Origin: Geminicoccaceae bacterium
GTDB taxonomy: Bacteria > Pseudomonadota > Alphaproteobacteria > Geminicoccales > Geminicoccaceae
Assembly: GCA_965217265.1 (NCBI GenBank)
Contig: CBDCHP010000013.1
Coordinates: forward strand, 61,709-125,708
Direction: 5' to 3'
DNA: 64,000 nt
Notes under the pieces: generated by a model
The model's input: the letters and a program-made list of their open reading frames with translations, nothing else
Databases searched by the model: none
Told to the model about the DNA's origin: nothing
Part shown: positions 39,512 to 52,737 of the stretch, in pieces
How positions within the stretch are numbered: position 1 is the stretch's first letter
How the letters are laid out: the number at the start of each line of letters is the position of its first letter
Made by a program: the position numbers and the translations under genes

Positions 39512-40525
39512 TCAGGTCTCGACGAGAATGTCGGTGTAGAGTTCCGAGGCGTCCGGCTCCGGGCTGTCCTGGGCGAAGCGGGCGGCGTCGTTGATAACCT
39601 CGCGGATCTCCTTATCGATCGCCTTCAGTTCGTCCTCGGCCGACCCGGCCTCGATCATGCGCCGGCGCAGGTTCTCGATCGGGTCGCGCTGCTCGCGCAT
39701 CTGCTGAACCTCGTCGCGCGAACGGTACTTGGCCGGATCGGACATCGAGTGGCCGCGGTAGCGGTACGTCATCGCCTCGAAGATGTGCGGGCCGTCGCCG
39801 CCGCGGACCTTGGCGACGATCTCCTTCGCCCTGTCATGGATCGCGAGCACGTCCATGCCGTCGACCTGCTCGCCGGGGATGCCGTAGGCCGTGCCGCGCT
39901 CGCAGAGGTGCTGCCCCCCGGCGGCGGCGCGCGTCACCGACGTGCCCATGCCGTAGCGGTTGTTCTCAATGATGTAGATGACCGGCAGCTTCCAAAGGGC
40001 CGCCATGTTGAAGCTCTCGTAGACCTGCCCCTGGTTGGTGGCGCCGTCGCCCAGGTAGACGATGCAGATGCCGCCGTCCTCGCGGTACTTGTGCGCGAAG
40101 GCGAGCCCGGTGCCGAGCGGCACCTGTGCCGCGACGATGCCGTGCCCGCCGTAGAACCCCTTGTCGCGGGCGAACATGTGCATCGAGCCGCCCTTGCCCT
40201 TGGAGTAGCCGGTGGCGCGGCCGGTGAGTTCGGCCATCACGCCGCGCGGGTCCATGTCGCAGACCAGCATGTGGCCGTGGTCGCGATACCCGGTGATGAC
40301 GCTGTCGCCGGGCTCCAGCGCGGTCTGCACGCCGACCGCGACGGCTTCCTGGCCGATGTAGAGGTGGCAAAAGCCGCCGATCAGGCCCATGCCGTAGAGT
40401 TGCCCTGCCTTCTCCTCGAAGCGGCGGACCAGAAGCATCCGCTTGTAGAAGTCCATCAACGTTTCGGCGTCGTACGACCCTACCTCCGCCGCCGCGCCGT
40501 TGGTCTTGCTCTCGCTTGAAGCCAT
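39512..40525 (-). CDS. pdhA: pyruvate dehydrogenase E1 alpha subunit
   Basis: TPP-binding GDGATNQG...NNRYGMGT motif; 337 aa; first gene of pdhABC. Confidence 0.95.
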   Translation of the reverse strand: MASSESKTNGAAAEVGSYDAETLMDFYKRMLLVRRFEEKAGQLYGMGLIGGFCHLYIGQEAVAVGVQTALEPGDSVITGYRDHGHMLVCDMDPRGVMAELTGRATGYSKGKGGSMHMFARDKGFYGGHGIVAAQVPLGTGLAFAHKYREDGGICIVYLGDGATNQGQVYESFNMAALWKLPVIYIIENNRYGMGTSVTRAAAGGQHLCERGTAYGIPGEQVDGMDVLAIHDRAKEIVAKVRGGDGPHIFEAMTYRYRGHSMSDPAKYRSRDEVQQMREQRDPIENLRRRMIEAGSAEDELKAIDKEIREVINDAARFAQDSPEPDASELYTDILVET

Positions 40526-40695
40526 GCCTGTTGCCTCCCCCCAAAATCCACGGACGTCGCATTGTCGAAGATAGAGAGGTTTTCACCCCGCCCAACGACG
40601 AACACCCTGCCGCCCGTCTCGTTCCTCTTAGCGCCCTGCCGGCCCGGTCGCTACCCACAGTCGCGCATGGCTTACATGCGCGCCAGCACTACGGG

Positions 40696-41016
40696 CTACT
40701 CTTCCTTCGCCGGGGCCGGATCGAGAACGATCATCTCGTTCTCGCCGACGTAACCCTGCTTATAGAGCTCGCCGGCCAGGATGTCGGGGTCGATCGCCTC
40801 GGGGCGCAGGCCCTCGACTTGGGCTTCGAGTTCGGCCCGGCGCGCTTGGAGGCGCTTGAGGTCGTAGCGCTTGGCCTCCAGCGTTCGGCCGAGGTCGCCC
40901 CACGCGATCAGGCCGCGCTCGCCGTGAACGATCCACCAGCCGAAATAGATCAGGAGCGCCAGCAAAACGGCGCCGATCCAGTGCTGCCGCAGACGCCGGG
41001 CGTAGGGAAGATGCAT
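40696..41016 (-). CDS. ftsB: septum formation initiator family protein (FtsB/DivIC-like)
   Basis: N-terminal TM helix then a coiled coil (LKRLQARRAELEAQVEGL) and a C-terminal YVGENEMIV motif; conserved position downstream of eno. Confidence 0.8.
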   Translation of the reverse strand: MHLPYARRLRQHWIGAVLLALLIYFGWWIVHGERGLIAWGDLGRTLEAKRYDLKRLQARRAELEAQVEGLRPEAIDPDILAGELYKQGYVGENEMIVLDPAPAKEE

Positions 41017-41022
41017 CGAGGC

Positions 41023-42324
<1,302 letters not shown>

Positions 42325-43167
42325 TCAGTCGAGTGCGGCGAGGTCGCGCGACTTCGCCAGAGTGTCGAACGCCTGCAGGTCTTGCAGCAAGGCGCGCATC
42401 CGGTCCAGGGGCACCATGTTCGGCCCGTCCGAGAACGCCTCGCCGGGCCGGTCGTGCGTCTCGATGAAGAGCGCGTCGATCCCGACGGCGCAGGCGGCGC
42501 GCGCCAGGACCGGCACCATCGCCCGCTGTCCGCCGGACGACCCGCCCCGCCCGCCCGGCTGCTGCACCGAGTGCGTCGCGTCGAACACGACCGGGTGGCC
42601 GTTCGACGCCAACTCCGGCAAGGCCCGCATGTCGCTGACCAGCGTGTTGTAGCCGAAGCTGACGCCGCGCTCGGTGACGAGGATGCGCTTAGCCCCGAAG
42701 GCTTCGAGCTTCGCCGTCACGTTCTTCATGTCCCAAGGGGCGAGGAACTGGCCCTTCTTGACGTTGACGACGGCCCCCGTCTCGGCGGCGGCGCGCAGGA
42801 GATCGGTCTGACGGCACAGAAAAGCCGGGATCTGCAACACGTCCACGGCCTCGGCCACGGGCCCGCACTGCCGGCTCTCGTGCACGTCGGTCAGCGTCGG
42901 CACGCCGAACCGTTCGCGCACCTCGGCCAGGACCGCCAGCCCCTCGTCGAGGCCGACGCCGCGCCGACCCGCAGCACTGGTCCGATTCGCCTTGTCAAAG
43001 CTGCTCTTGTAGACCAAGGGAACGCCAAGATCGCCCGTCAGCCGGACCAGGGCGTCGGCCATGAACAGCGCGTGGTCGCGGCCCTCGATGGCGCACGGGC
43101 CGGCGATGAGGAGGAAGGGCCGGCCGCCGCCGACCTTCACGCCGTCGATGTCGAGTTCGCGGGTCAT
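42325..43167 (-). CDS. kdsA: 3-deoxy-8-phosphooctulonate synthase
   Basis: [28 protein letters not shown]..., FDATHSVQ motif; 280 aa. The longer ORF in the track (to 43554) overlaps pyrG and is rejected. Confidence 0.93.
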   Translation of the reverse strand: MTRELDIDGVKVGGGRPFLLIAGPCAIEGRDHALFMADALVRLTGDLGVPLVYKSSFDKANRTSAAGRRGVGLDEGLAVLAEVRERFGVPTLTDVHESRQCGPVAEAVDVLQIPAFLCRQTDLLRAAAETGAVVNVKKGQFLAPWDMKNVTAKLEAFGAKRILVTERGVSFGYNTLVSDMRALPELASNGHPVVFDATHSVQQPGGRGGSSGGQRAMVPVLARAACAVGIDALFIETHDRPGEAFSDGPNMVPLDRMRALLQDLQAFDTLAKSRDLAALD

Positions 43168-43178
43168 GGCTTTTTCCC

Positions 43179-44837
<1,659 letters not shown>

Positions 44838-44870
44838 GCGGCCGGCACCCGGCCGCGGCGCGCCCTGCCC

Positions 44871-45200
44871 TCACTGCGCCACCGGCGCTTCGGGACCGGT
44901 GGGGGCGGCGGGCGCGGTGGCCGGCGCCTCGCTCGCCGGGACCGGCGCGTCGAGGTCGATCGCCGGCCCGCGCGCGTAGCCGCTCAAGATCGCGAGCAGG
45001 ATGCTCGTCGTCATGAAGCCGGCGGCGAGGATTGCGGTCGTGCGGGTGAGCAGGTTCGCCGTACCCCGGTTGGTCATCATGCCGCCCAAGTTGCCGCCGC
45101 CGAGGCCGCTGAGTGCGCCTCCTTCGCTGCGCTGGATGAGGATGACGCCGACCAGCGCGAGCGCGATCAGCAAATGCACGACAAGGACGACCAGGGTCAT
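44871..45200 (-). CDS. secG: preprotein translocase subunit SecG
   Basis: Two TM helices with LIQRSEGGALSGLGGG between them; 109 aa. Confidence 0.9.
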   Translation of the reverse strand: MTLVVLVVHLLIALALVGVILIQRSEGGALSGLGGGNLGGMMTNRGTANLLTRTTAILAAGFMTTSILLAILSGYARGPAIDLDAPVPASEAPATAPAAPTGPEAPVAQ

Positions 45201-45239
45201 CGCAGTTCAAACTCCGATTGATGCTGACGAATGGGGCGT

Positions 45240-46007
45240 TTAGGCGCCGCCGCCCGCTTGATAGATGCGCCAGAAATTCCCGGACTCAAGGCAAGCCCCG
45301 CCGACGAGCGCACCGTCCACGTCGCCCTGCGCCATGATCTCGGCGGCGTTGTCCGGCTTGACCGAACCGCCGTAGAGCAGCGCCAGCGCGTCGCCGCCCT
45401 CGATCCGGTCTTGCACCATGCGGCGCAACTCGGCGTGGATCGAGGCAATCTTGTCCAGGCTCGGCGTCTTGCCGGTGCCGATCGCCCAGACCGGCTCGTA
45501 AGCGATCACGAGGTTCGCCGGGTTGGCGCCCATCGGCAGGCCGTGCGCCAACTGTCGGCGCAGAACGTCAAGCGTGGATCCGGCCTCGTACTCGGCCTCG
45601 GTCTCGCCGATGCACAAGGTCACGAGCAGGCCGGCGTCGAGGGCGGCCCGCGCCTTCGCCTGGATCAGGGCGTCGCCCTCGCCCAGGCCGTGCCGGCGCT
45701 CGCTGTGGCCGAGGATGACCGCCGTGGCGCCGGCGTCCTTCAACATCGCCGGGCTGATCGAGCCGGTGAAGGCGCCGCTCTGGCGCTCGTGCGCGTCCTG
45801 CCCGCCGACGACGATGCCCGTGCCGTTCAGCCGGGCCGCCACCTGCTGGATGAGCGTCGCGGGCGGGAACACGCCCAGCGTGCCGGAGAGCTTCGCCGCC
45901 CGCTCGGCGAGGCTGCCGGCCAGCTTCAGCCCGTCGGCGCGCAGCCCGTTCATCTTCCAATTGCCGAATACGACCGGTCGCGCCGGCCCCTTGCCTGTCT
46001 CGTCCAT
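45240..46007 (-). CDS. tpiA: triose-phosphate isomerase
   Basis: GNWKMNG, VILGHSERR, AYEPVWAIGTG motifs. Confidence 0.96.
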   Translation of the reverse strand: MDETGKGPARPVVFGNWKMNGLRADGLKLAGSLAERAAKLSGTLGVFPPATLIQQVAARLNGTGIVVGGQDAHERQSGAFTGSISPAMLKDAGATAVILGHSERRHGLGEGDALIQAKARAALDAGLLVTLCIGETEAEYEAGSTLDVLRRQLAHGLPMGANPANLVIAYEPVWAIGTGKTPSLDKIASIHAELRRMVQDRIEGGDALALLYGGSVKPDNAAEIMAQGDVDGALVGGACLESGNFWRIYQAGGGA

Positions 46008-46174
46008 TATTCCGTCCTCGAACCGGCCCCGCCTCTATCACATGCGTTCGCCCGACGAAAGATTGGGCTGGCACGCCCCCTTGCGCGGGTCGGTCGCGGG
46101 TTGCGGGCTTGACCTTTACCCGGCTATGTTCTTGATCGCTTCGACCCCCTGATACTTCGGTGATTTGCACGTTC

Positions 46175-48037
46175 ATGCTCAACACGATGCGCCGCTACGC
46201 CCGCTCGTGGGTAGTCAAGGTCCTGCTCGGCGTCCTCGTCGTCAGCTTCGCCGTCTGGGGCATCGGCGACGTCTTCCGCGCCGGCTCGACCTCGAACGCC
46301 GCCACGGTCGACGGGCTGGAGATCAGCGCCGAGCAACTGGAAAGCGAGATCGAGCGCAACACCGAGCTGCTGCGCCAGCGCCTCGGCCAGCCGATCGACC
46401 GGCGACAGGCCATAGCGCTCGGCGTGCTCAGCGACAGCCTCACCGGCCTCGTCGCCCGTCGCCTCGTCGACCGGCACGGCGCCGATCTCGGCCTCGGCGT
46501 CGCCGACGCCGAGATCGCTCAGACCATCCGCGACAACCCCCTGTTCCAGGGCGCTACCGGCTTCGATCGGGCGCGCTACGATCTGTTCTTGCGCTCGCAG
46601 AACGAGAGTGAGGCTGCGTTCGTCGAGGACGTGCGCGATGAGATCCGCCGCTCCCGGCTGATCGACGCCCTCACCGAGGCCGCCGTGGCGCCCGAACGCC
46701 TCGCCCGCCTCGTGAGCGCCTACCGCGACGAGCGCCGCACGGCCGAGCGGCTCACCGTCTTGGCCGCTTCGATGCCGGTCGAGGCGCCGGACGACGCGGC
46801 GCTGGAGGACTACCTCAAGGCGCACCAAGCGGCGTTCAAGGCGCCCGAGCGGCGGGGCTTCGAACTCCTCCTCGCGACGCCCGAGCGGCTGGAAGATACG
46901 ATCGAGGTGAGCCAAGCCGACGTCGAGGCGACCTACGCGGCGCGCAAGGGCTCGCTCGGCGCGCCCGAGCGGCGCGAGGTGGCGCAGGTCAGGGCCGATA
47001 GCGAGGCGGCGGCGGCGGCGATCCGCGACGAGACCGCCGCCGGCACGCCGCTCGAAGAGGCGGCCGAGGCGGCCGACGCCACCTTTGATCGCCTGGGGCC
47101 GCTCGCCCGCGACGCCCTGCCGGGTGCTTTGGGCGAGGCCGTGTTCGCGCTGGCGCCGGGTGACCTGAGCCGGCCGGTCCAGAGCCCGTTCGGCTGGCAC
47201 GTCTTCGAACTGCTCGACGTCGAGCCCGCCTCGACGCCGCCGTTGGCCGAGGTCGAGCCGACGATCAAGGACGCGTTGCGGCGCGATCGGGCAATCGACG
47301 CCGTGCACGACGTGGCCGACCAGCTCAACGACGAGATCGCGGCCGGCTCGACGCTGGAGGAGGCGGCGGCCAACCTCGGCCTCGACCTCACCCGGATCAA
47401 GGGCGTCGACCGCGCCGGGCTCGACGCCGAGGGCAAGCCCACCAACCTGCCGCCCGAGGTCCTGACTGAGGCGTTCGCGGCGGCGAGGGACGAGGTGTCG
47501 CTCCTGGGCGAGACGGGCGACGGCTACTTCATGCTGAAGGTCACCGACGTGACGCCCGAGCGCGACCTCACGCTCGCCGAGGCGCAGGACACCGTGCTGA
47601 CCGCCTGGACTAAGGACGCCAAGGCGAAGGCGGCGGCGGCCAAGGCAGCCGAATTCCTGCAACGGGCCAACGAGGGCGTTACCCTCGTGGCACTCGCCGG
47701 GAACGAGGGCGACGCGGCCCGCCTCGATACGGCTGGTCCGCTGGGCCGCAACGACACCGCTACCCTGCCGCGCCCCGCGCTCGAAGCGCTGTTCGCCACG
47801 CCCGAGGGCCGATACGCCGACAAGCCCGTGCCCGTGCCGGGCGGCACGGCCGTCCTGCGCACGGCCGAGGTGATCCCCGCCCCCGCCGACGCCCCGGTCG
47901 AGGGCCTGCGCTCCGAACTCCTGCCGGCTTTGCGCACCGACCTGCTGGTCCAGTACGAAGCGGCCCTGCGCGACCGTTACCCGGTCGAGGTCAACGAGCG
48001 CCTCGTCGCCGACCTGCTCGGCGGGACGGGGTCGTGA
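46175..48037 (+). CDS. periplasmic chaperone / peptidylprolyl isomerase PpiD-like (SurA N-domain plus parvulin-like domain)
   Basis: MLNTMRRYARSWVVKVLLGVLVVSFAVWGIGD is the PpiD-type N-terminal anchor. A parvulin-like segment (VQSPFGWHVFELLDV) follows; 620 aa. Confidence 0.8.
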   Translation: MLNTMRRYARSWVVKVLLGVLVVSFAVWGIGDVFRAGSTSNAATVDGLEISAEQLESEIERNTELLRQRLGQPIDRRQAIALGVLSDSLTGLVARRLVDRHGADLGLGVADAEIAQTIRDNPLFQGATGFDRARYDLFLRSQNESEAAFVEDVRDEIRRSRLIDALTEAAVAPERLARLVSAYRDERRTAERLTVLAASMPVEAPDDAALEDYLKAHQAAFKAPERRGFELLLATPERLEDTIEVSQADVEATYAARKGSLGAPERREVAQVRADSEAAAAAIRDETAAGTPLEEAAEAADATFDRLGPLARDALPGALGEAVFALAPGDLSRPVQSPFGWHVFELLDVEPASTPPLAEVEPTIKDALRRDRAIDAVHDVADQLNDEIAAGSTLEEAAANLGLDLTRIKGVDRAGLDAEGKPTNLPPEVLTEAFAAARDEVSLLGETGDGYFMLKVTDVTPERDLTLAEAQDTVLTAWTKDAKAKAAAAKAAEFLQRANEGVTLVALAGNEGDAARLDTAGPLGRNDTATLPRPALEALFATPEGRYADKPVPVPGGTAVLRTAEVIPAPADAPVEGLRSELLPALRTDLLVQYEAALRDRYPVEVNERLVADLLGGTGS

Positions 48038-49536
48038 GCTTCGCCCCCGACTTCGCCGCTTTCGGCGCCGCTTATAACGACGGCCGACCCGGCGTCGTCT
48101 GGACGAAGCTGGTCGCCGACCTTGAGACCCCCGTCGCCGCCATGCTCAAGCTCGCCGTCGGCCGGCCCTACAGCATCTTGTTGGAGAGCGTCACCGGCGG
48201 CGAGGTGCGCGGCCGCTACTCGATCATCGGCCTGAAGCCCGACCTCGTCTGGCGCGCCAAGGGCGGCCGGGTCGAGATCAACCGCACGGCCCGCGCCGAC
48301 CTCGACGCCTTCGAGCTTGAGGACGAGGCGCCGCTGCAAAGCCTGCGCCGCTTGATGGAGGCGAGCCGGATCGACCTGCCGCCGGGCCTGCCGCCGATGT
48401 CGGCCGGGCTGTTCGGCCACATGGGCTACGACATGGTGCGCGAGGTCGAGCGCCTGCCCGACGCCAACCCCGACCGCTTGAACCTGCCCGATGCTGTCTT
48501 CGTCCGCCCGACGTTGGTCGCGGTGTTCGACACGATCAAGGACGAGGTGACGCTCGTCACGCCCGTTCGGCCCGAGGAGGGCCTGAGCGCCGGGCGCGCC
48601 TACGATCGCGCCTGCGAGCGCCTCGCCGACGCCGTCGCCGATTTGGAGCGCGGCGTGCCGCACGAGCCGGCCCGCGGCGGCGGCAACCTGCCTGAGCCGG
48701 TCGCCAACATGGGCCGGGCCGACTATCACGCGATGGTCGAGCGGGCGAAGACATACATCATCGCGGGCGACATCTTCCAGGTCGTCCCCTCGCAGCGCTT
48801 CGAGACCCCCTTCGACCTGCCGCCGTTCGCCCTCTACCGGGCGCTGCGCCGCCTCAATCCCTCGCCATTCCTGTTCTACTTGGATTTGAAGGACGCCGTC
48901 CTGGTCGGCTCCAGCCCCGAGATCCTGGTCAGGGTCCAGGCCGGCACCGTCACGATCCGCCCGATCGCCGGGACGCGGCGGCGCGGCGCCGACGCCGCCG
49001 AGGACGCGGCGCTGGCGGCGGAACTGCTCGCCGACCCGAAGGAGAACGCCGAGCACCTGATGCTGCTCGACCTCGGCCGCAACGACGTCGGCCGCGTCGC
49101 CGCGGTCGGCACGGTGCGGGTCACCGAGCGGTCCTTGATCGAGCGCTACAGCCACGTCATGCACATTGTTTCCAACGTCGAAGGTAGGCTGCGCCAGGGA
49201 CGCGACGCGCTCGACGCCCTGATGGCGGGCTTTCCCGCCGGCACCGTCTCAGGCGCGCCGAAGGTGCGGGCAATGGAGATCATCGACGAGCTGGAGCCCG
49301 AGCGGCGTGGCTTCTACGGCGGTGCCGTCGGCTGGCTCGGCGCCAACGGCGACCTCGACACCTGCATCGCCTTGCGCACCGCCTTGGTCCGGGACGGTAA
49401 GATGTACGTCCAGGCCGGCGGCGGCGTCGTCGCCGACAGCGACCCCGAGGCCGAGTACCAGGAAAGCCGCAACAAGGCGATGGCGCTGCTCAAGGCGGCG
49501 GAAGAGGCGGTCAGGTTCGCGCGCTCGAACCGCTGA
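48034..49536 (+). CDS. trpE: anthranilate synthase component I
   Basis: GDIFQVVPSQRF, LNPSPFLFYL, and GAVGWLGANGDLDTCIALRT motifs; the GTG start overlaps the ppiD stop (GTGA). Confidence 0.95.
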   Translation: MSFAPDFAAFGAAYNDGRPGVVWTKLVADLETPVAAMLKLAVGRPYSILLESVTGGEVRGRYSIIGLKPDLVWRAKGGRVEINRTARADLDAFELEDEAPLQSLRRLMEASRIDLPPGLPPMSAGLFGHMGYDMVREVERLPDANPDRLNLPDAVFVRPTLVAVFDTIKDEVTLVTPVRPEEGLSAGRAYDRACERLADAVADLERGVPHEPARGGGNLPEPVANMGRADYHAMVERAKTYIIAGDIFQVVPSQRFETPFDLPPFALYRALRRLNPSPFLFYLDLKDAVLVGSSPEILVRVQAGTVTIRPIAGTRRRGADAAEDAALAAELLADPKENAEHLMLLDLGRNDVGRVAAVGTVRVTERSLIERYSHVMHIVSNVEGRLRQGRDALDALMAGFPAGTVSGAPKVRAMEIIDELEPERRGFYGGAVGWLGANGDLDTCIALRTALVRDGKMYVQAGGGVVADSDPEAEYQESRNKAMALLKAAEEAVRFARSNR

Positions 49537-49621
49537 ACGCTTCGCGTGCGCTGCCGCGCAGGCTTTCTCTTCTCTTTTTGCGACTCTTCGTTGGAGATCG
49601 GCCTCGACGCTGGAGCGCACG
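49535..49621 (+). repeat. palindromic intergenic element, copy 3, truncated (left arm and part of the centre only)
   Basis: GAACGCTTCGCGTGCGCTGCCGCGCAGGCTTTCTCTTCTCTTTTTGCGACT...GGCCTCGACGCTGGAGCGCACG. The polypurine right arm and the CGCGAAGCGTT terminus are missing. The first two nt overlap the trpE TGA. Confidence 0.75.
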
Positions 49622-49811
49622 ATAGGGGCGGGTTGCTCTCGGCGGCGAGAGCAAGTCTCACGATCGGCTGCATTTTTCTCCGGCATGGAGCCGTCCGAAC
49701 TCGACGGGCAGGGCCGCCTCGGCCACGCACCGTAATCAATCTGGATGTGATACTCCTCACATATTTTACAAACTTTTGGTTTACTATTTCCGGCGCATCA
49801 AACCCTATTCA

Positions 49812-50591
49812 ATGGATAGACACAGATGGCTTAAGATCTACGGAACTTCCGGCGCCGACACGCTCTACGGCACGAGCGGCAATGACGATATCGAGGGCCG
49901 CGGCGGGTATGATAGGATGTATGGGGGTAATGGAGACGACGGCATCTTCACCTACGACAATAAAGCTAATGTCTTTGTTGGCAATGCAAATATCTAAGCC
50001 GGTTACGGAAATGACTCAGTTGTTACAGGAAACGGTAACGATTATGTTTCAGGTGGGGGTGGTAATGATTATATCAGCAGTCTAGGGGGGCAACAACTAC
50101 CTGTACGGCGGCGACGGCAAGGATGGCATTTTCGGCGGCAACGGTCGTGACTATATTTCAGGCGGCGCGGGCAACGACACCCTTAAGGGCGCCGCCGGCG
50201 ACGACAAACTCGACGGTGGCACCGGCAACGACACCCTCAAGGGCGGCACCGGCACGGGCTACGATCATCTCACGGGCGGTGACGGCTTCGACCGCTTCGT
50301 GCTCACCAGCACCGACGACAGTCCGCACTTCAATGCCTAATCACCGACTATAACCACTATCAGGACTGGATCGACGTCAGCGGCATCGACGCTAACACCG
50401 GCGCTGCGGGCGACCAAGCCTTCACGCTCGTCGGCGAGACCGGCACCTTTACCGGGGCCGGGCAGATCGTCTACTCGAATTTTGCTGGCTACACCTACGT
50501 CAGCCTCAACATCGATGCCGATCAGTACGCCGAGATGTCGTTCTCCATCCAGGGTGAATTCAACCTGCAAAACAACGATTTCATCCTCTGA
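49812..50591 (+). pseudogene. RTX-type calcium-binding repeat protein, disrupted (1 nonsense codon plus 2 frameshifts)
   Basis: GGxGxD repeats can be read in three frames. Segment 1: 49812-49994, then TAA at 49995-49997. The same frame continues to a G6 run at 50085-50090, where the repeat sequence shifts frame (..YLYGGDGKDGIFGGNGRDYISGGAGNDTLKGAAGDDKLDGGTGNDTLKGG..). It shifts again near 50335-50340 into ITDYNHYQDWIDVSGIDANTGAAGDQAFTLVG...NNDFIL, ending at TGA 50589-50591. Confidence 0.75.
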
Positions 50592-50675
50592 CGCCGCAGC
50601 CTATGCCGCGACGGACCGCCCCCCGGCTGGACCGCTCCGGCCGGGGGCTTCGGGTTAGGAGGCCGTGCGGGCGCT

Positions 50676-51977
50676 TCAGTGCAGCGTCTCCGACCCGAGA
50701 ATGCCGGCCGTCTGGTCCTCGGGGCAGCCCTCCGCGCGGGCGCAGTCCTGCAGGGCGATCAACGCGCTCGCCGTGACGAATCGCACGCCGCGTCGCCGCG
50801 TCGCCTCGACCCATTCGTCGAGCGCGTCTAGGGTCGCCGGGCGCGGGTGGGCGATGCCGATGGCAAAGCCGAGGCGCAGCGCCGTGGCGCGCAAGGTTTC
50901 GAGTTGGCGCTCGATGACGGCCGGATCGGCGGCGTCGTCGATGAAGACGTCGCGCACGCCCGTCTTGAGCCTGGCCGCCCGCGCGGCGGCGGCGGCGACG
51001 CTGCGCGGCGTCGTCATGCTGTCGACGAAGGCGAGGCGGTGGCGGGCCAGGGCCGCCATCAGCGCCCTGCTCGCCGCGAGGTCGGCGGTGAAGCGGCTGC
51101 CCATGTGGTTGTTGACCCCGCTCACGCCGTCGAGGCGGGCCAGCGCCGCGTCCAGGCGGCGGGCGATCGCGTCGGCCGGCATGCTGACGTCGAGCGCCCC
51201 CTCGCCCGCGTCCTCCTTCTCGGCCTGCATCGGCATGTGGAGGAACACCTCGGCCCCCTCGCCCCGCGCCGCGGCCGACATCACCGGCGCCGCCTCGGGC
51301 TCGGGTAGGAACGAGAGGGTGAGCGGGACGTCGAGCCGCATCAAGCGGCGATAGGCCCGCCAGTCGTTGCCCATGTCGTCGATGACGAGCGCGATCGCCG
51401 GCGCACCCGGGGGCATCACGGCCGCTGGCTCGGGCGGGGATGCGACGCCGCCGTCCAGCGGCAGCACGTCGATGCCCAGGGTCCGCTCGGCCACCATCAT
51501 TGACCAGACCGTATCGGGCGGTCCGCCGCCGTCGCTGAGCTCGGTCTCGACCTCGTCCGTCGCGGGCGCGGGCGCGGGCGCCGCTGGTTCGAGTGCTCGA
51601 ACCTCCGCCGGAGCGGGCGCCGCCGGTTCGGGCACCGGGACCGCGGCCGGCGAAGGCGCGGCTTCGGGCACGCGCCCCGGCGGTGGGGTCGCCGCCCCGC
51701 CCCGCGTCGCGGCGGCCGGGTGACGGGCGGGATCGCGCTCGCGTACCATCGCTTCCAGCGCGCGCTCCCTCGCTTGGTTCTTCGCCTCGACGATCGAGCC
51801 GGCGCCGGTGGCACCGCCCTCTTGCAGCACGAATACGACAATGCCGCCGCCGACGACGGCGGCGAGGACGACGCCGAGCAGTGCTGCGTGGCGCGGCCGC
51901 AGCCCCTCGATCGCGTCCGCCAGCCGGACGAGGCACCGGGCAAGCGCCCTGCGCAGCCATGCGGGTAGACCGATCAC
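50676..51977 (-). CDS. divergent polysaccharide deacetylase family protein (YibQ-like) with N-terminal TM anchor and Pro/Ala-rich linker
   Basis: C-terminal ~250 aa: IALVIDDMGND...LSFLP...FLHMPMQ...GVNNHMGSRFT...FVDSMTT...RDVFIDD is the YibQ/divergent deacetylase pattern. Confidence 0.75.
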   Translation of the reverse strand: MIGLPAWLRRALARCLVRLADAIEGLRPRHAALLGVVLAAVVGGGIVVFVLQEGGATGAGSIVEAKNQARERALEAMVRERDPARHPAAATRGGAATPPPGRVPEAAPSPAAVPVPEPAAPAPAEVRALEPAAPAPAPATDEVETELSDGGGPPDTVWSMMVAERTLGIDVLPLDGGVASPPEPAAVMPPGAPAIALVIDDMGNDWRAYRRLMRLDVPLTLSFLPEPEAAPVMSAAARGEGAEVFLHMPMQAEKEDAGEGALDVSMPADAIARRLDAALARLDGVSGVNNHMGSRFTADLAASRALMAALARHRLAFVDSMTTPRSVAAAAARAARLKTGVRDVFIDDAADPAVIERQLETLRATALRLGFAIGIAHPRPATLDALDEWVEATRRRGVRFVTASALIALQDCARAEGCPEDQTAGILGSETLH

Positions 51978-52149
51978 GCGTCAGGATTTCCAAAAGGGCG
52001 GAGAGCGGGCGTCGTTATCATCGGTTGGTTGATAAACCGTTTGTACCGTTCTAGCCAAGCCCAAGCCACCGACTTCGTCGGGCTTGACGGCCACACGCGG
52101 CCGGGGTTTGCTTCAAGCCCCCCGATGATGCGCAGACTAAGGCCCCTCG

Positions 52150-52737
52150 ATGCTGCTCCTGCTTGACAATTACGACAGCTTCACCTGGAACCTCTACCAC
52201 TATCTCGGCGAACTCGGCGCCGCGGTCGAGGTCAAGCGCAACGACGCGATCGAGGTGCAAGAGGCGCTGGCGGCGGGCTTTGATGGCATCGTCGTCTCGC
52301 CCGGCCCATGCGACCCCGACCGGGCCGGTATCTCGTTGCCGCTGATCAAGGCCGCCGCCGGCCGGGTGCCGGTATTCGGCGTCTGCCTCGGCCACCAGGC
52401 GATCGCCCAGACGTTCGGCGCCACGATCGGCCTCGCCCCCTCGCCAATGCACGGCAAGGTGAGCGCCATCCGCCACGACGGCAGCGGCGTCTTGAAGGGT
52501 CTCCCCTCACCGTTCGACGCCACCCGCTACCACTCGCTCGTCGGCCTGCCTGATACCTTGCCCGACACGCTGGTCGCGACGGCGCAGAGCGAGGACGGCG
52601 CCATCATGGCGCTGCGCCACCGCGACTTGCCGATCCACGGCGTGCAGTTCCATCCCGAGAGCATCGCCAGCGAGCACGGCCACCAGATCCTGCGCAACTT
52701 CCTCGATCTCTGCCATAAGCGACCGCTCGCCACATGA
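52150..52737 (+). CDS. trpG: anthranilate synthase component II (glutamine amidotransferase)
   Basis: MLLLLDNYDSFTWNLYHYL, GVCLGHQAI, HGVQFHPES motifs. Confidence 0.95.
   Translation: MLLLLDNYDSFTWNLYHYLGELGAAVEVKRNDAIEVQEALAAGFDGIVVSPGPCDPDRAGISLPLIKAAAGRVPVFGVCLGHQAIAQTFGATIGLAPSPMHGKVSAIRHDGSGVLKGLPSPFDATRYHSLVGLPDTLPDTLVATAQSEDGAIMALRHRDLPIHGVQFHPESIASEHGHQILRNFLDLCHKRPLAT

Noticed and set aside
40662-40682. 8-bp hairpin CGCGCATG-GCTTA-CATGCGCG between ftsB and pdhA, considered as a terminator.
   Set aside because: No U-tract on the coding strand. It could equally be part of the pdhA promoter region, and the evidence is insufficient.
52035-52044. Shared 10-mer AACCGTTTGT in two promoter regions (52035-52044 upstream of trpG, 61646-61655 upstream of the DUF1150 gene), with vague resemblance to a CtrA TTAA-N7-TTAA box.
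   Set aside because: Neither site has both TTAA half-sites. A single shared 10-mer among several kb of spacers could be chance.
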